A stretch of DNA of 64,000 nt from Myxococcota bacterium. GTDB taxonomy: Bacteria > Myxococcota > JACRCW01. Every line of letters starts with the position of its first letter. Position 1 is the stretch's first letter. The DNA lies in assembly GCA_040752415.1 (NCBI GenBank), contig JBFMGU010000002.1:37294-101293 (forward strand), read 5' to 3'. Of the stretch, positions 17,840-26,614 are shown one piece after another. The translations under genes were made by a program, and so were the position numbers. The notes under the pieces were generated by a model. That model made no database searches. It was not told the origin of the DNA and was given only the letters and a program-made list of their open reading frames with translations.

Positions 17840-20025
17840 GGCGCCTCCGTGAGCCACGCGCGGGCACGGGTGATGAGCGTGTCCCGTCCGGTCAGGGAGT
17901 GGGAGAGCTTCTGGATCACGGTCTCGTCGGGGATCACGCCGGTGCCGCTCTCGTAGGCGGCGGTGGCCAGCGCACTGGAGCTGGCGGCGAAGCGGCTGTC
18001 ATGCACCTGGATGGAGCCGCCGTAGTACTCGCCGGGGAGCAGTGGGGGCAGGGCCACAATGGCGCCGTACGCACCGCTCAGCGGCGTGGGTCCCAGGATG
18101 CGCACCCCCGCGCGGCCCCGCAGCAGGCGCGGCACGAAGTCGTTGGCGCTGACGTCGGCGGTGGTGACCCAGGCAATGCGTGCGACGCTGGCCACCGCGG
18201 GCTCCTCGCGCGCGCCCAGCCAGATGGTGCCACTGCACGCGTCGAAGAGCGGAGGCTCCGGGTTGGTCACGCAGCCCAGCAGCGACTGGTAGTACCCGTC
18301 GGGATCCAGCGTGTGCCACGGACGCGAGACGCCCAGCACCACCTGCGGAGAGCTCTGGTCGCGCACCAGCCCGACGAGGAACTCCGCCAGCGCCGCGGCA
18401 CCGCCGTTGCCCAGGCGCGTGTCGAACAGGACCTTCTCCGGCGCGTCGCCCAGGCCGGTGAGGAACGGGGTGCGCCAGCTCTGTCCGCCGGTGAAGCCGT
18501 CAAACTGGAACGTGTTGATCCCCTCCAGCAGCTCGTGGCTCACCGCGTCGCTTCCGTCGTCGGGGCGGGGGCGGGGCGTGGTCACGGAGGGCGCGTAGCG
18601 ACCGTCGCAGGTGAAGGCCTCCACCACGCCCAGTCCGCGCGCGGCCAGCACCGCCTGGCGCACCGTGGGCTGCAGGTCCACGCGGATGTGCGTGGGCGCG
18701 TTGCAGCTGGTGGATGACTCGCAACGCAGCACGCTGAAATGGCTCGCCCGCGACGAGAGCACGTTGGCCAGGTCCACCGCGGTCCACGGCGCGTCGGCGG
18801 CCGGGTCCGAGGGCGCGTTGGTGCCAAAGGTCCCCTGGCGCGCCAGCCACGTGTCCACCGCCTCGTCCTCGATGCTCTCCAGCACGTCGCCCACCCGCAG
18901 CGCGTCACCCAGCAGGCTGCGCGCCGCGTCGACGCGGAAGACGGTGAAACCGGCGCCGCCATCCAGCAGGTCCAGCTCCGTCAACCCGAAGCACGCACCC
19001 AGCACGCCGCTGCTCTCCCGCCCCAGCACCGACGGGACGGAGGACTGCAGCGCGGCGTAGCTCACCGGGGCGCTGGTGTGGTGGTCGCGGAAGAAGTGCA
19101 CCGCGTCGGCCACGCCGCCCCAGAAACGTCGCGGGCTTGCCACGTGGGCCAGCGCCGCCAGGCGGGCCGCGAACTCCGTGCCCCGACGCTGCACCGCGCT
19201 GCGGTTGGCGTGTACGCGCGTGAAGATGTGCGTCAGCCGGTCCAGGTACTCCCGACGATGACGCGGCGTGTACGGCACCGCGCCCCACACCACCGCGCTG
19301 TCCACGCACGCGCCAAAGATGCACTCACCATCTTCCCCGCACTGGCTCGCCACGTTGGCCTGGGTGCACGTGGTGTCGTCGCCAAAGGCGCGGTCACCCA
19401 CGCGCTTCACCTCCAGCGCGTCAAAGACCACGTCGCTGAAGCCACCCTGGATCACCACCTGCTTGAGCGGGATGCCCAGTACCGCGCCGTCGACGGGACC
19501 GGTGGACAGCTCCACCCAGTCGTCGCTGGTGCGCCGCCCCGTGGCCACCGCGGTCACCGTGGCGAAGAGGCCCGTGAGCGGATCGTCGCTGGTGCTGTAC
19601 ACGACGAACAAGGCCGGCAGCATGGGCTCCGCGCGCACCCAGACGGTGACCTCCACGCGCCCGTCCACCGACGGGACGTCCAGCCCCAGCGACGAGACAT
19701 CGTCCTCGCGCGGCTCGATGTAGACGTATCCCTCGCCCTCCAGCGGGCGCGGGTCGGAGAGCGTGATCACCCGCTGCAGTCTTTGCGCGTCGATGGGCGC
19801 GGGGTTGAGGTTCCGGTCGTAGAAACGCGCGCCCGCGTCCAGCAGCGCCTCCGGGTCCTCGAAAGACACCGAGAGGATGTTTTCCGACGACAACTGCAGT
19901 CGACCCAGCGCATCAAAACCCGCCGCACGGACCGGGACCGCGCCCACCATCAGCGCCAGCACGAGCGTGGGCATCAACCAACAACGCATGGAGCACCACC
20001 ACGACGACATTCGTGGCGCCTCCAT
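17836..20025 (-). CDS. Exported S41-like (tail-specific) peptidase with PDZ-like insert; start may be 19989
   Basis: RDHHT, LRVGDVLESI (PDZ-like), FDTRLGNGG, VSAND, GAYG and GVIPD are S41-like motifs. Confidence 0.6.
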   Translation of the reverse strand: MEAPRMSSWWCSMRCWLMPTLVLALMVGAVPVRAAGFDALGRLQLSSENILSVSFEDPEALLDAGARFYDRNLNPAPIDAQRLQRVITLSDPRPLEGEGYVYIEPREDDVSSLGLDVPSVDGRVEVTVWVRAEPMLPALFVVYSTSDDPLTGLFATVTAVATGRRTSDDWVELSTGPVDGAVLGIPLKQVVIQGGFSDVVFDALEVKRVGDRAFGDDTTCTQANVASQCGEDGECIFGACVDSAVVWGAVPYTPRHRREYLDRLTHIFTRVHANRSAVQRRGTEFAARLAALAHVASPRRFWGGVADAVHFFRDHHTSAPVSYAALQSSVPSVLGRESSGVLGACFGLTELDLLDGGAGFTVFRVDAARSLLGDALRVGDVLESIEDEAVDTWLARQGTFGTNAPSDPAADAPWTAVDLANVLSSRASHFSVLRCESSTSCNAPTHIRVDLQPTVRQAVLAARGLGVVEAFTCDGRYAPSVTTPRPRPDDGSDAVSHELLEGINTFQFDGFTGGQSWRTPFLTGLGDAPEKVLFDTRLGNGGAAALAEFLVGLVRDQSSPQVVLGVSRPWHTLDPDGYYQSLLGCVTNPEPPLFDACSGTIWLGAREEPAVASVARIAWVTTADVSANDFVPRLLRGRAGVRILGPTPLSGAYGAIVALPPLLPGEYYGGSIQVHDSRFAASSSALATAAYESGTGVIPDETVIQKLSHSLTGRDTLITRARAWLTEAP

Positions 20026-20087
20026 GCCGCTTTCCGCACCCGCTGGCCAGCGCCACTTGGCGGATGCCGCCGCGTGCGTCGCGAATT

Positions 20088-20109
20088 GACAAACCCTCGT
20101 CGACGAGGG
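20088..20109 (-). terminator. Probable intrinsic terminator after the metallophosphoesterase gene
   Basis: Perfect palindrome CCCTCGTCGACGAGGG (20094-20109) 7 nt after the stop, followed on the minus strand by TTTGT. Confidence 0.45.
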
Positions 20110-20116
20110 GTGGAGA

Positions 20117-20965
20117 TCAGGCGCGGACCAGCGTCAGCTCGGTGACTTCCGCGGGAACGCCCACGCGCAGCGGGAACCAGTGCCCGGTGCCGCCGTTGAC
20201 GTAGAGGTGGCTGTCCCCGGCGACGTAGTGGCCCAGCACGTAGTTGAAGATGCGGTTGGCCATGAACGGCCCCAGCGGCGCCACCTGGCCGCCGTGGGTG
20301 TGCCCGGAGAGCGTCAGCTCCGCGCCGCGGGTGCGCGCCACGTCAAAGCAGTCCGGGTGGTGCACCAGGCAGAGGCGGAAGTCCGCGTCGGGCGCGCGCT
20401 GGAGGGCGGCGCCCACGTTGCGCTCATGCACGTGCAGCAGGTTCTTGAAGCGCGCGCGGATGTTCGGGTAGTCCACGCCCCCGACGAGAAAACGCGCGCC
20501 CTGCACGTCCACCAGCTCACCCTGGTTCACCAGCGTGGTTGGGGCGGCGTGGGAGCGGGCGGCGCGCAGGACCTTGTCACGGCCGGCGTAGTTGTCGTGG
20601 TTGCCCATCACGAAGAAGCGGCCGTAGGGCGAGCGCACGCGGGAGAGCAGCTCGAAGCACGCGCTGGCCTGGGACGCGTCATCCAGCAGGTCGCCCGTCA
20701 CGGCCAGCAGGTCCGGCGGATACCTCCCGAAAGCGCGCAACGCCTTCTCCAGGTGATCCACGCCCAGCACGGCGCCCACGTGCACGTCGGAGATCTGGCC
20801 GATCCGCATGCCGTGCAGCCGGCGGTCCAGGCCGCGCACCGGCACGGTCACCTTGTGCAGCGCGGGGTGCAGGTTGCGCTGGTTGTCGTCGTCCTCCGCC
20901 AGGGTGCGCAGCGGCGTGTTGGCAAGGACCAGGGCAAACAGCTCGCGCTTGGTCAGACCAGCCAT
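20117..20965 (-). CDS. Metallophosphoesterase (YkuE/YaeI-like)
   Basis: SDVH, TGDLLD, GNHD, HHPD, SGHTHGGQ. Confidence 0.9.
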   Translation of the reverse strand: MAGLTKRELFALVLANTPLRTLAEDDDNQRNLHPALHKVTVPVRGLDRRLHGMRIGQISDVHVGAVLGVDHLEKALRAFGRYPPDLLAVTGDLLDDASQASACFELLSRVRSPYGRFFVMGNHDNYAGRDKVLRAARSHAAPTTLVNQGELVDVQGARFLVGGVDYPNIRARFKNLLHVHERNVGAALQRAPDADFRLCLVHHPDCFDVARTRGAELTLSGHTHGGQVAPLGPFMANRIFNYVLGHYVAGDSHLYVNGGTGHWFPLRVGVPAEVTELTLVRA

Positions 20966-21091
20966 CGGGTGCTCCGGGCAGGCGCGGGCCCCTCTCGCCC
21001 ACGTCCTGGGTCCTTCATGTGACGAGAGCCCGGCCGGAGATCAAGTGCCCACTTTCCAGGGCACTGGGAGGTGTGGCTACACTGCGCGGCC

Positions 21092-21592
21092 ATGCGACGC
21101 GTCCTCCACGTGGTCCTGCTGTCCCTGGCCTGCACCCCCGCCTGCATCATCAGCATGGCGCCTCCACCCACCGCCGCGTGTGAGAGTGATCCGTGCGGAT
21201 GCTGGGAGAAGAAGCCCATGACGTTCACGGGAGTCGTGGCGGACGGCGACACCGGCGAGTGCATCCCCTTCAAGCTGGTGCGCCTGCGCGACCGCGACGG
21301 GACGGTGAAGGCCGAGGATCGCAGCAAGTCCTTTGGCAGCTACACGGTGTCCGGGGAGGTGGACCGGAGCCCCAAGGGTTGCCCCGGTGGTGAACCCGTC
21401 ATCCGCGACGATCCCGAGGCCGGCCAGGAGCTACCGACGTACACGTATCTGCCGCGTCGCACGCCGGTGGATGACTTCAGTGAGCGCGTGGATCTCTTCC
21501 GCTTCCCGTGGGGCACCGTGGACGCCGGCCCCAACCTGCCCACGTCGTGCACCCCGCCCCGCACCGACGGTGGCGCGGGCGACGCGGGCTGA
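21092..21592 (+). CDS. Hypothetical Cys-containing lipoprotein
   Basis: MRRVLHVVLLSLAC lipobox; C-terminal DAG/DGG motifs. Confidence 0.65.
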   Translation: MRRVLHVVLLSLACTPACIISMAPPPTAACESDPCGCWEKKPMTFTGVVADGDTGECIPFKLVRLRDRDGTVKAEDRSKSFGSYTVSGEVDRSPKGCPGGEPVIRDDPEAGQELPTYTYLPRRTPVDDFSERVDLFRFPWGTVDAGPNLPTSCTPPRTDGGAGDAG

Positions 21593-21601
21593 TTCCCTTC
21601 C

Positions 21602-23941
21602 ATGTCACCGGTGACAACGTGCGTGTTGGCGCTTGCGCTCCTGGGTTTTCCCGGCGCGCCGCGCCAGGCGGACCTGCTGCATCAACGGGTGGACCTCGTC
21701 GTGGATATCGCCGCGCGTGAGCTGCGCGGGAGCACCACGCTGAGCCTGGCACCGCTGCGCGCGGACCTGGAGACACTGGTCCTGGATGGCGCGGGTCTGA
21801 CGGTGGAGGGCGCGAGTGTCGACGGGGCGGACGCCGCCGCGCGGGTGCGTGGCGACACCGTGGTGATCACGCTCCCGCGCGCCCGCCCCACGGTGGGGAA
21901 GCCGTTCCAGGTGACGCTGCGCTACCGCACGCGACCGCAACGCGGGTTCCATTTCCAGTCGAATGGCGCCGTGCCCGCGTTCACGCAGAACCAACCGCAC
22001 CTGACGCGGTTCTGGCTGCCCACCGTCGACACGCCGCAGGAGCGCGCCACCTACGAGCTGGCCATCACCGTCCCTGCCGCGCACGGTGTGCACGGGAGCG
22101 GTGCGCTGATCTCCGACGAGACCGTGGGCCACGGACAACGCCGCGTCACCCGGCGGCTGGACGTGGCGGTGCCGCCGTACCTGCTCAGCGTGGTGGTGGG
22201 TCAGCTCAAGGAGGTCCCGCTGACGACGGGGGAGGGCGGTCCGCACGCCGTGGCGCGGGTCCCGGCGGGTCGCGAGAAGGATGCCCAGCGGGCCTTCGCC
22301 GTGCTCCCGCGTGTGCTGCAGACGCTGCAACGGTGGACCGGCGTGGCCTACCCGTTCCCGACGCTGGAGCTCGTGGTTGTCGACGGATTCCCCTTCCAGG
22401 GCATGGAGAACGCCGCCGCCCCCACCGTGGACACCACCGTGCTCCCCGAGGCCTCGCTCGACGTGGAGGACGCTGACCGGAACCTGTGGGTCCACGAGCT
22501 CGCCCACCAGTGGTTCGGCGTGCTCACCGTGGTGGGCCACGAGCGCGACTTGTGGATGCAGGAGGGACTGGCCGGCTACCTGGCACATCTCGTCGAGGAA
22601 GAGCTGCGGGATCCGCACGAGGCGCGCGCGGACCTGCTGGAGGAGAGCCTGAGCCCGCCGGCCGACGACCAGGCGGCGCGCGCCCTGGATGACCTCACCG
22701 ACGACGATCCCGAGGCCGCGTTTGATTCCGTCACCTACGGTCGGGGCGCACTGATGTTCCACGTGCTGCGCGCGCGCCTGGGAGATGCAGCGTTCTCCGC
22801 GGTGCTGCGCCTCCTGCTCACCGAGCAGGGCGGTGGCGTCATGGATCGCGACGACCTGTTGCGGGCCCTGCACGCCGTCACCGGGGTGGCGCATGAGTCG
22901 CTGCTGGATTCATGGACCGCGGCGCCGGGCGAGCCGGGATTGCAGGTGGAGCTGCAGGAGGAGCCGTTGGGTCGCGGGATGATGTTGCGGCTGGAGCAGG
23001 CGGACCCGCCGCGCCCGGTGTTCACCACCGTCACGCTGGGGACCGCGCGCGGGGAGGTGCGGCTTCCCTTGTGGTCCACCTCCCGCGAGGCGTGGCTGGC
23101 GCTGCCCGGCGTCACCGGCCTGCAATGGATGGTGATCGACGACGAGCAATGGCTCCCCGCCCCGCCGCCCAGCCTGCCGAGCCAGCTGCTGGTGGGCGCG
23201 CTCCAACACGCCCGTGAGCCGCACACCCGCGCCGCCGCCGCGCGCGCGCTGAAGGGCCGTCACGACGGAGAAACGCGCCAGGCGCTCCTGCACGCGCTGA
23301 AGACGGACCCAAACGCGCTGGTCCGGGAGGGGGCCGCGCTGGCCCTGGGCGAGGCGACCGGTCCCGACGTCACCGAGGCCCTCACCGCGGCGTTGAAGGA
23401 CCCGAACCATCGCGTGCAGCGCGCCGCCGCGACGGGACTGTGCGGCATGGGCGACGTGCAGACGGCCCGCGCGTTGGCGCGACTGGCGGGCGCTCCCGGG
23501 CGCATGGCACCGCGGGAGGCCGCCGCGTTCAGCCTGGGATGTCACGTGCGGGATGCGCCGGATCTCGTCGAGCGGGCGTTGAAGCTGAAGAGTGCGGGCG
23601 CGCGCGTGGAGGCGTCGGTGCTCTACGGCGTCAGCACGCGGGAGCCGGAGCATGCGCTCCTCGTCGACGCGCTGCAGAGGGGATCACCGCCGTTGGCACG
23701 CGCCGCCGCCGACACCATCGCCCCTTCCGCCACGCGGGCCACGGTCGTGTACGCGCTGGCCCGTCGGCTCGTCGACGCGGACCACGCGGTGCGCCAATCC
23801 GCCGCGGAAGCGTTGCAGCGTCTCCACGCCGTGGAAGCACTCCCCGCATTGCGCGCCGCCGAGCAGACCGAGTCCGTGGGCCCCACGCGCCACGCCATGC
23901 GCCGGGCCATCCGCGAGCTCACGCGTCCCACGCCGCGGTGA
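21602..23941 (+). CDS. M1 family aminopeptidase with C-terminal HEAT repeats
   Basis: GMEN, HELAHQWFG, WMQEG, Y.RGA..FH.LR; HEAT repeats DPNALVREGAALALG and DPNHRVQRAAA. Confidence 0.9.
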   Translation: MSPVTTCVLALALLGFPGAPRQADLLHQRVDLVVDIAARELRGSTTLSLAPLRADLETLVLDGAGLTVEGASVDGADAAARVRGDTVVITLPRARPTVGKPFQVTLRYRTRPQRGFHFQSNGAVPAFTQNQPHLTRFWLPTVDTPQERATYELAITVPAAHGVHGSGALISDETVGHGQRRVTRRLDVAVPPYLLSVVVGQLKEVPLTTGEGGPHAVARVPAGREKDAQRAFAVLPRVLQTLQRWTGVAYPFPTLELVVVDGFPFQGMENAAAPTVDTTVLPEASLDVEDADRNLWVHELAHQWFGVLTVVGHERDLWMQEGLAGYLAHLVEEELRDPHEARADLLEESLSPPADDQAARALDDLTDDDPEAAFDSVTYGRGALMFHVLRARLGDAAFSAVLRLLLTEQGGGVMDRDDLLRALHAVTGVAHESLLDSWTAAPGEPGLQVELQEEPLGRGMMLRLEQADPPRPVFTTVTLGTARGEVRLPLWSTSREAWLALPGVTGLQWMVIDDEQWLPAPPPSLPSQLLVGALQHAREPHTRAAAARALKGRHDGETRQALLHALKTDPNALVREGAALALGEATGPDVTEALTAALKDPNHRVQRAAATGLCGMGDVQTARALARLAGAPGRMAPREAAAFSLGCHVRDAPDLVERALKLKSAGARVEASVLYGVSTREPEHALLVDALQRGSPPLARAAADTIAPSATRATVVYALARRLVDADHAVRQSAAEALQRLHAVEALPALRAAEQTESVGPTRHAMRRAIRELTRPTPR

Positions 23942-23970
23942 GTCTGGTGGGTGTCGGTGAATTCGAAAAA

Positions 23971-24069
23971 GGAAGTCAGAAGTCAGAAGGGGGGCCGGTG
24001 ACGACGAAGGGCAAGCACCTTCTGACTTCTGTATTCTGACTCCTGACTTCCTTCTCGTGATTCCCCGAC
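23971..24069. repeat. Heptamer-repeat hairpin element, copy 1
   Basis: AGTCAGA units facing inverted TCTGACT/CCTGACT units around a GACGACGAAGG-GCACC core. Confidence 0.8.
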
Positions 24070-24075
24070 CCACCT

Positions 24076-24642
24076 TTACGTCGTCATGGCCTCGCTGGCC
24101 TTGCGGTGGACCAGCTCCGCGTCCAGCGTCCGGCCGTCGGTCTCCAGGTAGAGGTGTCCCTCGCTCACCGTCACGCTCCACGTGTTCCGACGGGACTCCT
24201 GCGCACCCAGCTCCGCCATCAGCTCTTCCGGGACGCGCCACAGCTCCACCTTGTCCAGCTTGCGCACGCCCGCCTTGCGCGCCAGCGTCAGGAACTCCTC
24301 CTCCCGACGGGGAACGCAGGTCAGCACCACCACCCGCGCGCGGGGATGTGCGTTCACCATGCGCTGCGTCTTCTCCGGGTCGGCCGCGCCGCACTCCACC
24401 CACAACGTCACCTGGCCGGTGAGGTCCCTGCCCCACACGTCGGCGCCCTCGGCGTCGGCCAGCGCGGGACCGAACTCCACGCCCTCCGCCCAGAACAGGC
24501 ATAGCGCCAGGACGCGCAGCTGCAGGTGCTCCAGCGTCTCGGAGGGATGGCGCGCCGCGGTCACGGTGACGTCGGTGTAGACGCCCTCATCCACGCGGTT
24601 GATGTTGAGCTTGTAGGTGTACGCCACGGAGGGGAGAGCCAC
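24076..24642 (-). CDS. yaeQ: YaeQ family protein
   Basis: MALPS.., ARHPSET..HL..R.LA, D.W..DLTG...LW.ECG. Confidence 0.9.
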   Translation of the reverse strand: MALPSVAYTYKLNINRVDEGVYTDVTVTAARHPSETLEHLQLRVLALCLFWAEGVEFGPALADAEGADVWGRDLTGQVTLWVECGAADPEKTQRMVNAHPRARVVVLTCVPRREEEFLTLARKAGVRKLDKVELWRVPEELMAELGAQESRRNTWSVTVSEGHLYLETDGRTLDAELVHRKASEAMTT

Positions 24643-24670
24643 GTTCTTCCACCTGAGAGGACGCAGCGCT

Positions 24671-25681
24671 TCAGTTGCCCAGCACCGCGCTTGCGCCCAG
24701 GTAGCAACCGTACGCCACCAGCGCGGTGACGGGGATGGTCAGCACCCAGGCCCACAGGATCCGGGTGGTCACGCCCCAACGCACCGCGCTGACGCGCTGG
24801 CTGCTCCCCACGCCCATGATGCAGCCGCTGATGACGTGGGTGGTGGAAACCGGCATGCCCAGGCTGGAGGCGCCCAGGATGGTGACCGCGGCGCTGGTCT
24901 CGGCGGCAAAGCCGTGGATGGGCTTGAGGTCGATGATCTTGGTGCCCATGGTCTTGATGATGCGGATGCCGCCCGCGGCCGTGCCCAGCGCCATGGCCAG
25001 CGCGCAGCTGATCACCACCCACAGCGGCACGGGGAACTTGCCCGCCTCCGCCTTCACCGTGCCGTAGGCCACCAGGCTCATGGTGATGATGCCCATGGTC
25101 TTCTGCGCGTCGTTGCTGCCGTGGCTGAGCGCCATGAAGCCCGCGCTCACCATCTGCAGCCGGCGGAACATGTGGTTCATCCGGGACGGCTTTCCCCGTC
25201 GACAAATCCACAGGATGGTCACCATCACCAGGAACGCAATGGAGAAGCCCACCAGCGGGCTGATGATCAGGCTCTTGATGATCTTGACGAGCCCCTCGGT
25301 CTGTACCGAGGCCGTGCCCGCCTTGGCCAGCGCCGCCCCGACGAGACCGCCCACCAGCGCGTGGCTGGAGGAGCTGGGAATGCCGAAGTACCAGGTGAAC
25401 AGGTTCCAGAAGATGGCGCCCAGCAGCGCGCTCAGCACCACCACCTGCGTCACCGCCTCCGGGACAATCAAGCCCTTGCCAATGGTGCTGGCCACCGCCG
25501 TGCCGGTGAGCGCGCCCGCGAAATTCAGCACCGCGGCCAGCAGCACCGCGGTCCGCATGGGCAGCACGCCGGTGGAGACCACGGTGGCCACGGCGTTGGC
25601 GGTGTCATGGAAGCCGTTGATGTAATCAAACACCAACGCCACCACCACCACCACGCAGAGAGTGACAAAGAGGATGGTCAT
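24671..25681 (-). CDS. pit: Inorganic phosphate transporter (PiT family)
   Basis: NGFHDTANAVAT, PSSSSHAL, HGSNDAQKTMG, PVSTTH. Confidence 0.95.
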   Translation of the reverse strand: MTILFVTLCVVVVVALVFDYINGFHDTANAVATVVSTGVLPMRTAVLLAAVLNFAGALTGTAVASTIGKGLIVPEAVTQVVVLSALLGAIFWNLFTWYFGIPSSSSHALVGGLVGAALAKAGTASVQTEGLVKIIKSLIISPLVGFSIAFLVMVTILWICRRGKPSRMNHMFRRLQMVSAGFMALSHGSNDAQKTMGIITMSLVAYGTVKAEAGKFPVPLWVVISCALAMALGTAAGGIRIIKTMGTKIIDLKPIHGFAAETSAAVTILGASSLGMPVSTTHVISGCIMGVGSSQRVSAVRWGVTTRILWAWVLTIPVTALVAYGCYLGASAVLGN

Positions 25682-25687
25682 GGCGCG

Positions 25688-26335
25688 TCACGCGTTCTTG
25701 ATGACCACGGTTTCCAGGGCGTTCGCCACGTCGTCGCAGACGTCCAGCGTGTGCTCCAGGCTCTCCAGGAACTCCTTGTGTTTCAGCAGGTGGATGGCGT
25801 CCTTCTCCGTGCGGAAGAGCTCGCCAATGCGCTGGCGGAAGACCTGGTCCCCGTCGTGCTCCAGCTGGTAGACCGCCTTGCACCTCTGCCGGATCTGGTC
25901 CAGCTGCTTGAGGCCGCGCAGGTTCCGCACCGCCGCCTGCAGGTGCTCGCACGCGCTGACAATGTGCTTGGCGATCTCCAGGCTGCCCGCCGGGACGTCA
26001 TCCATGGCGTGCACCACCACCTGCTGGCCGGTGGCGTTCACCAGGTCCGTGATGTTCTCCAGCTGGGTGGCCAGCTCATAGATGTCCGAGCGGTCCAGCG
26101 GCGTCACGAAGGTCCGGTTGAGCGCCTCGTACACCTCGTGGATGACCTTGTCCGCGGCGTGTTCCGCCTCGCGCATCTTGCTCACGAACCCTTCACGCTC
26201 GGCGTAGCTCTGCGCCGCGCAGCAGTCCCGCAGCAGCGTGGCCGACGTCAGCGCGCAGTCCGCGCCTTTCTCCAGCAGGTCGAAGAAGTGCTCCTCCCGG
26301 GGGAGCAGCCATTTCACAGCGCGGTCCAACCACAT
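25688..26335 (-). CDS. DUF47 / PhoU-like phosphate transport regulator
   Basis: EHAAD...LNRTFVTPLDRSDI, LEHDGD, E.LE...D.C.DVAN.LE....KNA; adjacent to pit. Confidence 0.9.
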   Translation of the reverse strand: MWLDRAVKWLLPREEHFFDLLEKGADCALTSATLLRDCCAAQSYAEREGFVSKMREAEHAADKVIHEVYEALNRTFVTPLDRSDIYELATQLENITDLVNATGQQVVVHAMDDVPAGSLEIAKHIVSACEHLQAAVRNLRGLKQLDQIRQRCKAVYQLEHDGDQVFRQRIGELFRTEKDAIHLLKHKEFLESLEHTLDVCDDVANALETVVIKNA

Positions 26336-26387
26336 GTTGCACCTCGTGGGGAGACGCGCCTCTAGCAGGGCATGGCCCCGAGGGCGA

Positions 26388-26405
26388 GTGACAAACGGGT
26401 GACAG
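26388..26405 (-). promoter_or_regulatory. Pho box upstream of the DUF47-pit operon
   Basis: Minus strand reads CTGTCAC-CCGT-TTGTCAC, a 7-4-7 direct repeat with 11-bp period matching the PhoB consensus CTGTCA(T/C). Confidence 0.7.
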
Positions 26406-26488
26406 TCCAGACGTGCCGAATGTGCACTGGAGGGTAGCGGCGGGCCGGCCCGGTCTCAGGGGGCTGTCGGTTCGGAGAGTCCCCACAA

Positions 26489-26607
26489 GGGAGTCAGAAG
26501 TCAGAAGTCAGGAGTCAGAAGGTGGTCCGTAACGACGAAGGACGAGCACCTTCGGCTTCTGCATTCTGACTGCTGAACTCCTGACTTCCTTCCCTGGGAT
26601 CTCCCGA
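26489..26607. repeat. Heptamer-repeat hairpin element, copy 2 (same orientation as copy 1)
   Basis: Four AGTCAG(A/G) units, core AACGACGAAGG-GCACCTTC, inverted CTGACT units; alignable with 23971-24069. Confidence 0.8.
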
Positions 26608-26614
26608 CAGATCT

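Noticed and set aside
14603..17956. Very long antisense or alternate-frame ORFs (also 1493-3199, 11879-13834, 37908-39800, 46918-49434, 58171-60759)
   Set aside because: They shadow well-supported genes on the other strand and are R/G/A/H/V-rich, the usual artefact of high-GC codon bias
23971..26607. Heptamer elements as a CRISPR array
   Set aside because: No constant repeat with unique spacers and no cas genes
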